64,000 bases of DNA from the human T2T-CHM13v2.0 reference genome, Homo sapiens, in NCBI RefSeq assembly GCF_009914755.1, contig NC_060926.1. One strand, written 5' to 3'. Numbering within the stretch: the first letter of the stretch is position 1; every line of letters begins with the position of its first letter. The translations under genes were made by a program, and so were the position numbers. The notes below the pieces were generated by a model. It made no database searches, was not told the origin of the DNA, and saw only the letters and a program-made list of their open reading frames with translations. Below, piece after piece: positions 1 through 15,015 of the stretch.

Positions 1-109
1 TACTTCTTCATTTTATTTTCCTAGCATTTCTTACTGTCAACTATCACTTCCTCAGCCTTCATGACAACATACCATCCTGAATCACTTCTCACCCTTCTCT
101 ACTTATCTG

Positions 110-350
110 GGTTAATTCAAACATTACCCAGAGCCTATTAAGACAGCGCCACAGGACTAGGTCCTACAGGTAAAGAGGAAACAAGGTATGACCTGTCTTT
201 GAAAAGAGAGATGCAGGGAACTAATATTTCAACCCAAAATGATAAGAATTATAATGCATGGCCAAGTTGACATGAGAGTACCAGGGAGAGATATTTAAGT
301 TGTAAATCAAACTTAAAGCTTTATGGTTAAAGAAAGCTTCTTAAAGGCTG
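110..350 (-). mobile_element. L2 LINE 3' fragment (highly diverged)
   Basis: Degenerate match to the reverse complement of the L2 3' end (attcaaacatt...gagcctatt...ctaggt...aacaag). Confidence 0.45.
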
Positions 351-1461
351 TGCAGCTGACCAATCAGGTTTGTGTGAGAAAACGTTTATATTCTCCCAAC
401 AAAGTGACCCTTAGGCCCTTGGCTGCCTGGAAATCCTTCTAAGTTTTCTCCTGGAAGCTTTCTGGTCCACTTTCATGACAACTATTTCTTACTTTCCCCA
501 TTCTCCTCAAAATTTCCACACAGCCTTTATCTGTCTCACTCACAGAAGATGACCTAGCCTCCATCTTCAGAGAAAACAGAGATATATTCATAGTCCATTA
601 GCAAAGAAGCCTTACTATTAAAAGATAAAGTGCAGAGTCAGGAGCATGGTACAAAACAGTTCTTTTATTGTTCCCTAAATCACCAGCTCAACTCTTCACA
701 TAATCACCTTGAGAGGCCAAAGGAAGTCCTTCCTCTCTCCCGCTCCCTATGGTTCCTTAAGTGTCTTACCTCCTCTTCCTGAGCCTGAGGCTTCCTCTCA
801 TTCTTTCTCTGTGGCTGGCCAAGCATCTCCACCATTTGGTTCCATTAGATTTTACTTCCATGGAAAGGGTAGAGGCCAGAATGGCAGTGAGAGGGTGAAT
901 CTTTCCTCTTCAGTGAATCAGGGAAAGGAACTTCCAGATCTGGCCTCAAAATGTCTCCGGCATTAAGGAAGTCTCTAGCAAAATAAAGTCCCTCTCAGTA
1001 TAACCCTAGAACCCAGAAAGTCTCCAAATCTCCATCCCACCCGAGGAAAAATGTTTCCATTACCTAATCTGGATAAGGCCCCAGGGGGAGATGACTGTGC
1101 CCCAAGCCCCAGAAGGGGTGGGCGAGTAGGGCCAAAGGGGAAAATATCGCATCTTTTCTCACAGGCTTTTGTGTTTTACTATAACTGCTTTCTAGGAATC
1201 AAATTTAAATGAGCTAGAGGCTAATAAATTATTTTTGCTAGTCACAAGAAAATGTATTTCACATGCAATTGCTCTTCTTCAGAAACACCATTTTGTTTGA
1301 ATTCCACCCAACAGTATGCACTACATGTAGTAATTCTACTACATCTGAAGAGGTTTTGGAACCAAGTTAATTGAAGTTGCAGGTTAACAAATAAAGGCAA
1401 AAACTTGTCTATAACTTCCCTGTAACCTGTGGGTACTTGGCACTGAGACTCTTTCAAGTTC

Positions 1462-1625
1462 ATTCATTCATTCATCAAATATACATGGAGCACCAGATAC
1501 TGTGCTAGACCCTGGGCACACAGTAGAGAATAAAACAGATATGCATGCCACTGCTTAGAGACTACTGAGGAGACAGATAATAAGCAAGTAAGCAGAGCAT
1601 TACAAATGGTAATAAGTGTTTGCCT
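1462..1625 (-). mobile_element. L2 LINE 3' end
   Basis: cattcattcattcatcaaatat...gagcacca..tactgtgctag..cctggg..cacag, typical L2 terminus reversed. Confidence 0.75.
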
Positions 1626-2142
1626 TACACCCTTCAACAAAATTATACTTCCAGGCACTACCCCACTGCCATCAGGCTCCTCAGCAGGATGAAGCAGTGA
1701 CCAAGAAAACATGGTAGAAAATTGCAGCAATTTGTTGGTCTAGGAGACATCTGCATTTAAACTCTGATTTGCGGAACAACAGTCTGTAGAAGTCTTCAGG
1801 CCAGTGGCTCACTAGACCAAAGAAAGCTTCTTATAGAATTGTATACTGAACAAACTGATGCTCCACATACTAGGTAAGTTTTTAACCTAAAACACCATTA
1901 ACTTGAGCCTCAGTAATATCCAATCAGTAATATCCAATCCACACAAGCCTCAAAATATATTTATGTGCTAGTGTCACTTCCACCTAACCAATAAAAAACT
2001 CTTCAGTCAGTAAACTTGACATCTCACTCAAACAAAATAATACAGCCCCAAATGGCACAAAAGCCAAGAGGTTGTTTGCCAGGGAGGGTAGCTCCCTGAT
2101 ATCTAGGATAGGGCTGGAGGGCTTCTCTTAAAAAGATTTTTG

Positions 2143-2495
<353 letters not shown>

Positions 2496-3234
2496 TCACA
2501 GTCCTGGAATCTTGACAAATGGCTCAATGACCTATGAAAAAACTGAAGAAACATCTACTAACTAAATGTTAGTAAAACTAAAACTCAGTTGAAGCCCTGA
2601 GACCTTAATCAAAGAATGAGGAGGATGGTCAAACAGCAGAATTTCCTTCACCTAGCCAAAATATGTGCCCCACCTCCCAGAAACTGGGCTTTGGACACAA
2701 AGGGGAGCAAACTACACCCTTAACCTGCTTTCTAAAATCACTGAGAACTGTCCCTTTCTCTCAGTAAGTCTTTTCTTATTCCAATTCCACTTTAATTTCC
2801 ACCAGCTTCATCTTCCAGCATGCAATGGGTCTGGGGCTTTGATCCATAAGTCAATCATCGGAGAAGTTTAGCCTAGAAGAACGAAGAGCAGTAGGCTCTG
2901 CAGTGTGCAAAATTGTTGGCTTGCAAAATACTTATGTTTTCACATCATTACAGAATCAATTCCCGCCCTCATAAAAAGACCTGAACAAGAGACCAAAAAA
3001 TCCCTGCACGGGACAACAGATCCACAGCCAAAAAGGCCAAGATAAAACACAGTTGGGTCCAGACTGTGCACAACACTCTGCCCTCTACTTTAAAAGGCCA
3101 AAGGGGGATTGTCAAACCTTCAAGGTCGCCCAAAATACAGACACTGAGAATAAGGATAAATATGGCCTAAAATAGGAATGAACAGTTTCCACTGAAGTAA
3201 GACTAAATAAGGAAGAAAAAACAAGCAATTTTTT

Positions 3235-3597
3235 TTCTGTTTGGACTGCTATAACAAATACCATAAACTGGGTAGATTATTAGCAACAGAAATGTATTTA
3301 TCATCATTATGGAGGCGGGGAGGTGCAAGATCAAGTCCAAGATCAAGCAGGCAGATTTGGTGTCTGGTGAGGGCTCCTTTCTGATTCAGAGCTCCTTCTT
3401 GCTGGGTCCTTATGTGGTGGAAGGGACAAGGCAGCTGCATGGGGCCTGTTTTGTAAGGGTGCGAATCCTTTTCATGAGGGCTCCATTGTCATGACCTAAT
3501 CACCTGCCAAAGGCCACCTCCTAATACCATCACATTGCAGGTTAGATTTCAACATACGAATTGGTGGTGTGGGGACACAAACACTCAGATCATAGCA
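3235..3597 (-). mobile_element. MaLR LTR, MLT1A-like
   Basis: ctgctataacaaataccataaactggg...gacctaatcacct..aaggccacctcctaataccatcacatt...gacacaaacactcagatcatagca. Confidence 0.85.
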
Positions 3598-3829
3598 CAT
3601 AGGTCCTATCAAAACATCTTGCTGCATAAAAGACACAAGTGATATATAAAATTTACTTTATGATAAGAGTACACTTCAGAAAAATGGGAAAAGAAAAAAT
3701 TATTCAGCTAAAGGTACAGTGACTTTAACTGCTTAGAAAAAAAATTTGTAGGCCCCATAAAAACAAACTCCAAAAGAATTAAAGAGTTAAGTATTTTTTA
3801 AAAAGAAAAGACAGCATCATATCACCTAC

Positions 3830-4800
3830 TCTGAGCATCCTCCTTAAATGGCATTAGTGGTTTTCCATTGCTCTTACAACAAAGTATCAAAATCCTTAAC
3901 AAGACTTACAAGTCCCCACAAGGTCTAGCTTCAAAACTCCTTTCCAGCCATTTCTTGACATAATCCTGCTTTATCTTTCTTGATCTCTGTGCTTCAGCCA
4001 CAGTGGCATCTGCCAGGCCTGAAATGCCTTCCTCCACCACGTCCTTATGTGATTCAACTACAATCTTCCATCAAGGCCACTTCCACTGGAAATCCCTCCC
4101 AGACCTCCCCAAGCAGGTCAGTTAACCTCAGTAGACATTTTTATTTTACTATTTACCTCTCCTTCATAATACTTAGCACAGTTTTAATTTTATTTGTGCA
4201 AATTTAAGAGAAATTAAGGCCTATTTTCTTCTTCTTGCAGCTTCACTGAGGTATAATTGACAAATGAAAATTCTGTATATTTAAAGAGTACATGATGTTT
4301 TGATATATGTATGCATTATGAAATGATTACCAAAATCAAGCCAATTAACATGTCCATCACCTCACATAATTACCTTGATTTTGTGGCGAGAATATGTAAG
4401 ATCTATTCTCGTAGCAAATTTCAAGTATACAATATATTATTATTCACTATAGTCATCATGCTGTACAGTAAGTCTCCAGAATGTATTCATCTTATAACTA
4501 GAAGTGTGTACCCTTTGACCAATATCTCCCATTTTCTCCCGTTCCCGACCCTTCTACTCTCTGTTTCTATGAGTTGACTTTCTTTAGCTTCCATTTATAA
4601 GTGAGATTATGCAGTATTTATCTTTCTGTGCCTGGCATATTTCACTTAGCATCATGTCCTTATTAAGGTCAATTTCCTACCAGACTGAAGCTCCAAATGT
4701 GTAAGGTATATTACTTTTTGCCTGGCAATTGTCTTAGCCCTGCCATATAAGAGACATTCAATGAACATCTGTGGGATTAAAGTACGTGGATGAAGAAATG
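3830..4800 (+). mobile_element. L2 fragment interrupted by an L1
   Basis: ttccattgctctta..aaaatccttaacaagacttacaag..; 3' end ccagactgaagctcc...cattcaatgaacatctg at 4680-4800. Confidence 0.65.
4235..4640 (-). mobile_element. L1MA/L1MB 3' end
   Basis: gaggtataattgacaaat...attaacatgtccatcacctcacata...gtgagattatgcagtatttatctttctgtgcctgg. Confidence 0.85.
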
Positions 4801-4829
4801 AACTAAAACATAGACGATGGTGTAATCTT

Positions 4830-5990
<1,161 letters not shown>

Positions 5991-6019
5991 AAGCAGAGAG
6001 AAACCAATAGCAAAAAATT

Positions 6020-6190
6020 AATAATACTTAACACGATTATAAAATATGTTTATGGCATGCCAAGCACCATATACTAAACACTTCACATATATTATTAATA
6101 CTTTATTTATTCTGTAAGGTAGATACTAATCCTATGGAATAGGTACCATTATAATCCCCATTTAAAAGATGAATCAATGTAATTTAGTCA
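6020..6190 (-). mobile_element. MIR fragment
   Basis: tgccaagcacc..ctaaacacttcacatat...attataatccccattt..agatga. Confidence 0.6.
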
Positions 6191-6873
6191 AAACAAAAAA
6201 TATTCTTCATCCAGTAGTTTTCTTAAATCTGATTAAAGTTATTTTTCTAACATTTTCTAAACAGCAACCACTTAAAAGTTAAAAAATAACCAAGGCACTA
6301 CTTCAATACCTAAAATCAGAGCTTTCAAACTCAGATGGGCTATGGGTTCAGATTCAGAGATAGAGAGAGAAAAGTAATGGAAGAAGTCTACAGTCAAATA
6401 TTCACAGGTAGAACACTAATAAGTTAGGATTTTGTGCCACACCTCCTGGTTTCCTGATATAAGCAGAGTTGTGAATTTGGAGAGCTTTACATCAAACTCT
6501 ACACCCTTTATAATTATAAAGAAAAATGTCCTTTCCAGGATACTATATGAGCATGAGCATACTTTTTGAAACAAAATGTTGCATTTCATAGCCTTCTTCA
6601 TAGAAAACAACACCAGGTACTGCAACCATTTGAACGTGATTAATTCACCAAAGCTCTTTTTACCACTTGCTATTGTTTTAAGCACGTAGTCCCTTTTCCT
6701 TGATTCTAGCTGACATGTTGGCGTATCCCTTGTGTAAAATGGAATATTCTCAGCTTTCTGGACATGTAATCCCTGCTGGCTCTGATCCAGCTGATGAATC
6801 TGCCAGGTTGACAGCATTGTGCCTTTGAAGGCCTGTGTCTGCCACAGCAGCAATAACAGAAGATGATGCTTAC

Positions 6874-6971
6874 CTGGCAAAGAATCACTTGAAAATACAT
6901 TTGATGGGCAAAACTATCAGAAGCTACTTAAATCCTTACTTAGTTTAGCTGGGGCAGGCATTTAAAAAAAC
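6874..6971 (-). other. Possible 98-nt internal non-coding exon (weak)
   Basis: Consensus donor CAG|GTAAG at 6874/6873 and acceptor ccatacag|G at 6972/6971 in unique sequence; polypyrimidine tract poor. Confidence 0.2.
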
Positions 6972-7014
6972 CTGTATGGAATTGTTTAATATACCAAATG
7001 GATTAGTAATGTGA

Positions 7015-7260
7015 ACTTACCATTCAATGGGCACCTACTCTATGCCAGGCACTATATTAGGCTCTTAATACATCATCTCATTAGAGTCTCACAACAACCC
7101 AGGGAGATAGAAATTAACCCTATTTTTACAATTATGGAACTCAAAAATCAGAGACTAAATAACTGCTACTAGGTTGCAGAACTAATAAGCAGGAGAGCTG
7201 GGATTCAAACCACATCTACCTAATTAGAAACACAATGTTCTTTTCACTACACCATACTGA
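7015..7260 (-). mobile_element. MIR (near full length)
   Basis: gcacctactctatgccaggcact...ctcacaacaaccc...ctgggattcaaacc. Confidence 0.85.
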
Positions 7261-8094
7261 TGCCCTCTGCCAGCTCACAACACCCACAGTTCCCATTAGA
7301 CCCTCCCACCTGAGTGAGCCAGTAAGATGCACCTGCAATCTGACATTGGCTTAAAGTATTTTCTTCAACAGCACATACACCAGCCCATCAGAGTCCTACC
7401 TGACATGTCCACCCTTCAGAAACACGTGGGGATGTCTCAGCTAAAGGGAGGAGGTTCAATTCCTTCATCACCCCCAATATAAGTAAGACATCTAAGAAAG
7501 CTAGGAAACCCTGATATATATCAAGCTGCCATCAACATTATTGAAGCTAACGTTGGGCTAATGTGAGACAGCAACATCTGGAGTCCAGTTGATTACTGCT
7601 CATAGGGTTATGCGACAAGCCTGCAGTGTCATGGAACAGACGAGGCCCTACTGTGCTTAAGGAGCTCTAACAAAGTTAGGATGCAAACAACAGAGGCATG
7701 GCCCCAGCTAAAGCCTTTTTTCTTGGAGTTTTCTCTTCATGCTGAATTATAACTTCGACAATTTAGCCACCTTTAGAAAGAATACAGAAAGCAGAAAAAG
7801 GGGGAAAGGTTTTGAGCACTCTGGCTTATGGCTAGTAAAATGACTACAAAAATCATTTTTTGAAAATAATAGTCATTGTATTTGCATACATCTTAAATCT
7901 CACAAGGTACAGTGTGGGAAGGTCAATATTAAACAATTGTATTGAGCCAACAATGTACAATAAATATCTGAATTCCTTTCACTCTAAAAGGATTTTCCTA
8001 ATTATGCTATTTAGTATCTGCAGGTACTTCACAAGATGAGTCTTTATCTCTCTACCAGTTCACTTGCAGAGAGGGACGGTCCCATGAAAATGAT

Positions 8095-8690
<596 letters not shown>

Positions 8691-8808
8691 TAATTGATAC
8701 AATGTGTCCAGAAAATCAGTTTCTCAAGTCAGCTTTTCTCAAAGTGGACTCTGCAGACATTTCCTTGGTAGATCCACACAAATAATTTTCCCACAAAAAA
8801 GTCCATAC

Positions 8809-9807
8809 TGTTGCGGGAAGTCAGGGACCGCGAACGGAGAGACTTGCTGAAGCCGTGACAGAAGAACATAAATTGTGAAGATTTCATGGACATTTATCAC
8901 TTCCCCAATCAATACTCTTATAATTTCCTATGCTTGTCTTTACTTTAATCTCTTAATCCTGTCATCTTCGTAAGCTGAGGATGTATGTCGCCTCAGGACC
9001 CTGTGATGATTGCATTAACTGCCCAAATTGTTTGTAAAGCATGTGTGTTTGAACAATATGAAACCTGGGCACCTTGAAAAAAGAATAGGATAACAGCGAT
9101 GTTCAGGGAACAAGGGAGATAACCATTAGGTCTGACTGCCTGGGAGCCAGGCAGGACAGAGCCACATTTCTCTTATTACCAAAAACGGGTAAGAGAAATA
9201 TCGCTGAATTCTTTCCCCAGTAAGGAATATTAATAATTAACAGCCTTGGGAAAAGAATGCATTCCCAGAGGAGGCCTCTAAAATGGCCACTCTGGGGGTG
9301 TCTGCCTTATGCAGCTGCAGATAAGGGATGAAACACGCCCTGGCCTCCTGCAGTGCCGCCAGGCTTGCTAGGATTAGGAAATTCCAGCCTGGCAAATTCT
9401 AGTCAGATGTGCTCTCTGCTCTTGAACCCTGTTAAGATGTTTATCAATGACAATGCGTGCACAGTGGGACATGGAACTTCATTAGTAATTCTAGTTTTGC
9501 CCTGACCTTGTGATCCCGCCCTGACCTTCTGCCTTGTGATCTTTTGTTGCCCTTGAAGCATGTGATCTTTGTGACCCACACCCTATTCGTACACTCCCTC
9601 CTCTTTGAAAATTGCTAATAAAAACTTGCTGTTTTTTACGGCTCAGGAGGCATCATGGAACCTGCTGACATGTGATGTCTCCCCCGGCCACCTAGCTTTA
9701 AAATTTTTCTCTTTTGTACTCTTTCCCTTTATTTCTCAGACCGGCCGGCACTTAGGGAAAATAGAAAAGAACCTATGTTGAAATATCAGGGGCTGGTTCC
9801 CCTAATA
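8809..9807 (+). mobile_element. MER11 solo LTR (HERV-K HML-8/ERVK)
   Basis: Begins tgttgcgggaagtcagggacc, ends ggctggttcccctaata; polyA signal aataaa ~9617; catac direct repeat at 8804-8808 and 9808-9812. Confidence 0.92.
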
Positions 9808-9979
9808 CATACAATGACTTCTTAGTTAGAGATTTGCCTTACCCAGCAGCACAGGCAACATCCAGCTACAGGGAAAGAACTGATGTCTTGGGATGGGCAA
9901 AGATTAGGAGGAAAGGTAGATTCTGAGACTCACAGAGCCTGATGTCCTACCCTGCACACCTCTAAAATAGTTTACCAAA

Positions 9980-10290
9980 TAAGTGGTCTGTGAGAACTTA
10001 GAGGCAATGAAAAGAGGCAATCAGTAGAAAACAGCAGGGTTTCACTAAGAATAAGTTATGCCAAACACGTTATTTCCTTTTGACATGGTTAGGAGAATGG
10101 TGGGTATGACAACGCTTTAGACAGCATATTTAGATGTCGGCATGGTATGAAGTCTCTTAAAACACTCTTGTAGCCAAGAATAGAGACATGCAGCCTAAAT
10201 AATGATACGCTGAATAGATTCGCAGGTGGTTAAGCAGAATATCCAAAGACAATGAATTGGTGGAATAAATGTCAGTCTAGTAAAAGACTC
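9980..10290 (+). mobile_element. CR1/L3 LINE reverse-transcriptase fragment
   Basis: Degenerate translation Q.GFTKNKLCQT..ISF...YLD..., resembling CR1 RT QHGF.K.KSC.TNLISF.D...YLDFSKAFD. Confidence 0.7.
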
Positions 10291-10846
10291 CTTCATAGTT
10301 CCTTCCCTTTCCCAGCTTTAAACCCTCCCACCCTCCAACCAAGTTAGAAACAATAGCACAAGTGATACATACTAAATTTCTTACATGTACTTTAAATGTA
10401 TAAAGAAGTAAAACCACTTATACCAGAATTTTACAAAGGAGGAATTCAGTATACTTTACAGCACATTCTTTTGACAATATTTAAAATTTAATGATATTCT
10501 CCCTGTATGAGTTATTTATTTAAACTGTTTTCAATGGCATTTTCAGTAGCTAAAGCTGAAAGAGGGCTTGGAAATATAAAAGACAGGTAAAGTGGATACA
10601 GAGAAGCAATTTAGATATTGTCCAATTAAAATGTGGGAAAGATAATGGAAAATGAGCACAAGTAAACCCCAGCCTTATCACTGCATTTCCAAAATATACA
10701 AGAAGCAGGAGGGACAGAGCAGAAATACATGTAAGGCGGGCTGTCCCAAAGTATTTCTCCATCTTAGGCATCCATTCACAGAGGTTCCCAGGAGGCAGCA
10801 CTCAGAATTTTTTATTCGAATCACAAATCAGAAAAGTACCAGCTTT

Positions 10847-11125
10847 GGCCAGGGTTGGTGGCTCACATCTGTAATCCCAGCACTTTGGTAGGCTGAGGCA
10901 GAAGGATCACTTGAGCCCAGGAGTTCAAGACTAGCCTCAGCAATATAGCAAGACCCTGTCTCTACAAAAAATTAAAAAATTAGCCAGGTGTGGTGAGGCA
11001 CACCTGTAGTCCCAGCTGCTTGGAGGCCAAGGTGGAAGGATAGCTTGAGCCTGGGAGGTTGAGGCTGCAGTGAGCCATGAACGCACAATGTACTCCAGCC
11101 TGGGAGAGACCCTGTCTCAAAAATT
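10847..11125 (+). mobile_element. AluJ
   Basis: ttgagcccaggagttc J diagnostics; TSD agaaaagtacYagcttt. Confidence 0.95.
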
Positions 11126-11368
11126 AGAGAAAAGTACTAGCTTTGAGAAACACACCAGAAACCAGCCTCTTGATATGCTTATAATCTTCAATAATTAAGA
11201 GGTATACACTTATTTCAGTTATCACTGAAACTATAAGAAGAACTTTCCATCAAACAATTGATGATAGAAGAAAATTAGTTTGTGTAAAATGTCTAAACCA
11301 CTTTTACTGTTTTATTATAAAATAAATGTTATAACGTTATCTTAGTCACGTAAAAAATATTCATTCCT

Positions 11369-11677
11369 GGCTGGGCACGGTGGCTCACGCTTGTAATCCC
11401 AGCACTTTGGGAGGCCGAGGCAGGTGGATCACTTGAGGTCAGGAGTTTGAGACCAGCCTGGCCAAAATGGCAAAACCCCGCCTCTACTAAAAATTGAAAA
11501 ATTAGCCAGATGTGGTGGCGGACACCTGTAATCCCAGTTACCCAGGAGGCTGAGGCAGGAGAATCGCTTGAACCCAGGAGGCGGAGGTTGTAGTGAGCCG
11601 AGATCACACCACCACTGCACTCAAACTTGGGTGACAGAGTGAGACTCTATCTCAAAAAACAAAAACAAACAAAGAAA
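11369..11677 (+). mobile_element. AluS (Sx/Sz)
   Basis: Dimeric Alu; TSD attcattcct. Confidence 0.95.
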
Positions 11678-11689
11678 ATTCATTCCTGA

Positions 11690-12735
11690 ATGCAAGAAAG
11701 TGCTCAAAGACTACAGGAGTCAAGTAAAGAACACAGGAACCAGCTTGAAAAGGCACCCACTAGCTAGATCTGAATAATTTGTGCATCTAAAAATATAATA
11801 CTGATCATCAAGTATTAAATATAATACATTTAACTTAAAAATCCATGAATCCATATTAAGGGGGAGTGGAAGGATGTGAGGGAAGTTCTTGCAAAATGCT
11901 ATCTATTAAATGAAAAAGGGATTACAGAATTAGAACATAATCCCTTTGCAATCTTCACTGTAATTAATTCAGGCAAGAATCACCTATGAATGCCTAGAAG
12001 TACCTGGGAAAATATTATTGGGGAATAGGATATTCACATGATCTCACACAGTATCATCCCAGAGACTATTTACTAATCACAAAAGGACACAGGTACTTGT
12101 ATATGGGAAAGCTACAGTAGTTAACACTTAACCAAACAATCCCATTCCACAATCACCAGTAGCAGACATCCTGTGCCTTCTGATGGGAAGTAGTAGTGAT
12201 ATCACCTCAGCTGTCTTCTTGCCAAAAAAAGTGAATCTAAAAAATGGGAAACAGACAAATCCAGAATATAGAACATCCTATAACTGGTCTACACTCTTCA
12301 AATTAGTCATAATTTTAAAAAAAGGCAGGGGAATTTTTCCAGATTAAAATGAGATTAAGAGGCATGACAATCAAATGCAATGTGTGAAATTTTATTGCAT
12401 CCTGGATCCTTAAAAAATGGGATAATTCAACATAAAATGTACATGAGATGATATTATTGAATTATGATTAATTAGGAAGATTCAGCAACAGTAATAACCA
12501 CAAAAACAATAATATTAGGGATGGTAGGATAATGTCCTTATTCTCAGGAAGTGTGGAAGTATTCAGGCAGGATGTTTAATGGTATCTATAACTTATTTTT
12601 AAAAGCTTTCTAAATAAATATATCACTTACATAGAGAATCAAATGTGACAGAATGCAACAGATGGATCTTATGAGTGCTGCTTTTTCTTTTTATTTCAAC
12701 TTTTTTTGCAGTTAGAAGTTTTTTTAAATTAAAAA
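11690..12735 (+). mobile_element. L1MC/L1ME 3' UTR
   Basis: ggaaccagcttgaa...cagacaaatccaga...gacaatcaaatgcaatgtgtg..tcctggatcc. Confidence 0.75.
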
Positions 12736-14559
12736 TTGAGGGAAAGAGGAAATATTTTTAATTTAAACATTCACTACTGTTTTTTCTTATTCCCTCTTAA
12801 CCTTATTTTTTCTCATAAAAACTTATGTTCCTCAACCTCATGCCTCCTACTTAACTTATCCTTGGAGTTTGACAGCAATTAAAGTCATCTCCATCCTATA
12901 CATTCAATATTCCAAATTTACATAGATTATAATTTAAAATTGAAAAATAAAATAGCATATCAAATAAAAGCCTAATGAGCAGTACAGTCTAGTAGACAAT
13001 ACATTAAAAGTTGAGTGGTAATTTGTTTCTATGCTTTGATTTTTTTTTTTTTTTTTGAGGCAAGCAATTTAACTATTTCTTCACAGAGATAGTTAAACGG
13101 AGCCTAGCTAATAATGAATTAATTAAACAGAAAAACCTTTTGGTAAAATTCACCACTCTCTTTTGCCCAATGCTCCCCACTAACTTCACAATGAAGTCCA
13201 ACTTAACTAATTGCAAGGCCAGTGGCTGCAGTAACCCAACCCCTATCTTACTACATCTAAACATCATCTTTAACTCACCCACAAAATAGTCAGAAGCTAT
13301 GCCAGAGATCAAGGAAAAAAATTACCAAAAGCTGCAGGTTAAATCAGTGAAAACTCAATCTAAATTTGGGGAATTTAATCTAAAATTGATGATGACAAAG
13401 CAGATGGCACACATATCCTCTTTCGGCATTTTGCCCAAAAAATAGGAAACCAAAGAAGAATTCTTATGCAACAAATGAACATGCTTTAGAGATGCTAAGT
13501 TTAAAAAAAAATTTAACTTGACATGTTCTTTACTTTGTTTTCCCATATGTCCTTTGAAAGTGGGGAATAGATGAACAAATAGATTTAAAGTTCAGCTTCC
13601 TCATCTTTAAGACATATTTCTAGTGGATACAGACTGCTTTAACCACATTAACCACCAATTTCACAAAACTAGTGAAAAATCTCTGAATAACTTCCTAGTC
13701 ACTTTTCATCTTTGCTTCTTGACCAAAAACTGAGTTCTGCTAAAAAGTGCTTTCAAAAATTATAATGAACCTTAACAATTAACTGGCTGAAATTAACAAG
13801 TAAAGAAACCAAAACCCAAAATAAAGTTATCTTTCTTTATTCAAAAATAATAATTGTCTATAAAATAATAAAGAATAATTGTTTGTGGATTTAAATGTTT
13901 CATTATAGCTATCAATGACAAATAATGTATAGTACATGCGAATAGTCATAATACTAGGTTACTTTCCCTACTTTCAAACTCAAGCAGTTTAAAATATTAG
14001 TAAATTATTTCCACTTTTGTATATGTTTCAGCTTTTGTTTTTCTTTAGGCTAGTAAAAACTTTATCGTTTGTTTCCCTCAGCCAATTACCAGGAAACAAC
14101 TTTTTAAATTACATAGGCATTTTAGAATTCTCACCGCTGCATCAAATCCATATGCTAAGAATATCTTGCCAAATAAATGAATTGCTTTTAGCGATGACCC
14201 ATTTTAGAAGGAAAAAAAAAACTAACTAAAATTTTTGCAAGGGAAATTAAATTACTCTAATGGACTACTTACCTCAAAACCTACTTATGCTTTATCTACA
14301 TTAAAACCATTCTAAGAAACAGTGTAAATGGTTGTTCCATTAATAATTTTGCTTTTTCAAAAATAAGCAAAAAAAAAAAAAAGAACCCAGATGTTATGGT
14401 GCTGTAATATCTACGGTCTCCACGTATTTAGGTCTGCGCCTTTTACTGCTTTAAATAGTAGAATTTTTCTGAAGTAAAATAAGCATTGCTTACAAGTTCT
14501 TTATGCATTAATAAACTAAAAAGCAATAGCTACTCTTGTCGTTAGAAAAATATCTTCAT

Positions 14560-15015
14560 AATTAAAAACTAACATTTATTGAGCATATTATATATACCAG
14601 AAACTATACTTTTCTTTTTCTTTTTTTTTTTTTTGAAATGGAATCTCGTTCTTGCTGCCCAGGCTGGAGTGCAGTGGCACGATCTTGGCTCACTGCAACC
14701 TCTGCCTCCCCAGGGTCAAGTGATTCTCCTGCCTCAGCCTCCTGAGTAGCCAGGACTACAGGTGCCAGCCACCACACCCAGCTAATTTTTTTTTTTTTTT
14801 TTTTTTTTTGTATTTTTGGTAGAGATGCGGTTTCAGCATGTTGGCCAGGCTGGTCTCAAACTCCTGGCCTCAAAGTGATCTGCCTTCCTCAGCCTCAGAA
14901 ACTATACTTTCTATGTATTACCCAATTTTCGAGACAACTCTCTGAGGTAGATAAAATTATTACCACATTTTAGAGAAGAGGAAGCTAAGATTCCGAGGAA
15001 TTAAGTAACTCTGGC
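14560..15015 (-). mobile_element. MIR split by an Alu
   Basis: taacatttattgagc...caactctctgaggtag..attattaccacatttt agagaagaggaagct. Confidence 0.7.
14612..14895 (-). mobile_element. 5'-truncated AluS
   Basis: Lacks first ~40 nt; TSD cagaaactatacttt on both sides; long T-run in the linker. Confidence 0.93.

Noticed and set aside
1911-1938. 14-bp tandem duplication cagtaatatccaat x2 (similar small ones near 16013-16051 and 60165-60215)
   Set aside because: Ordinary slippage micro-duplications; no array structure
6416-6880. 154-aa minus-strand ORF in unique sequence
   Set aside because: Non-ATG start, no recognisable family, begins across a donor-like site; length compatible with chance
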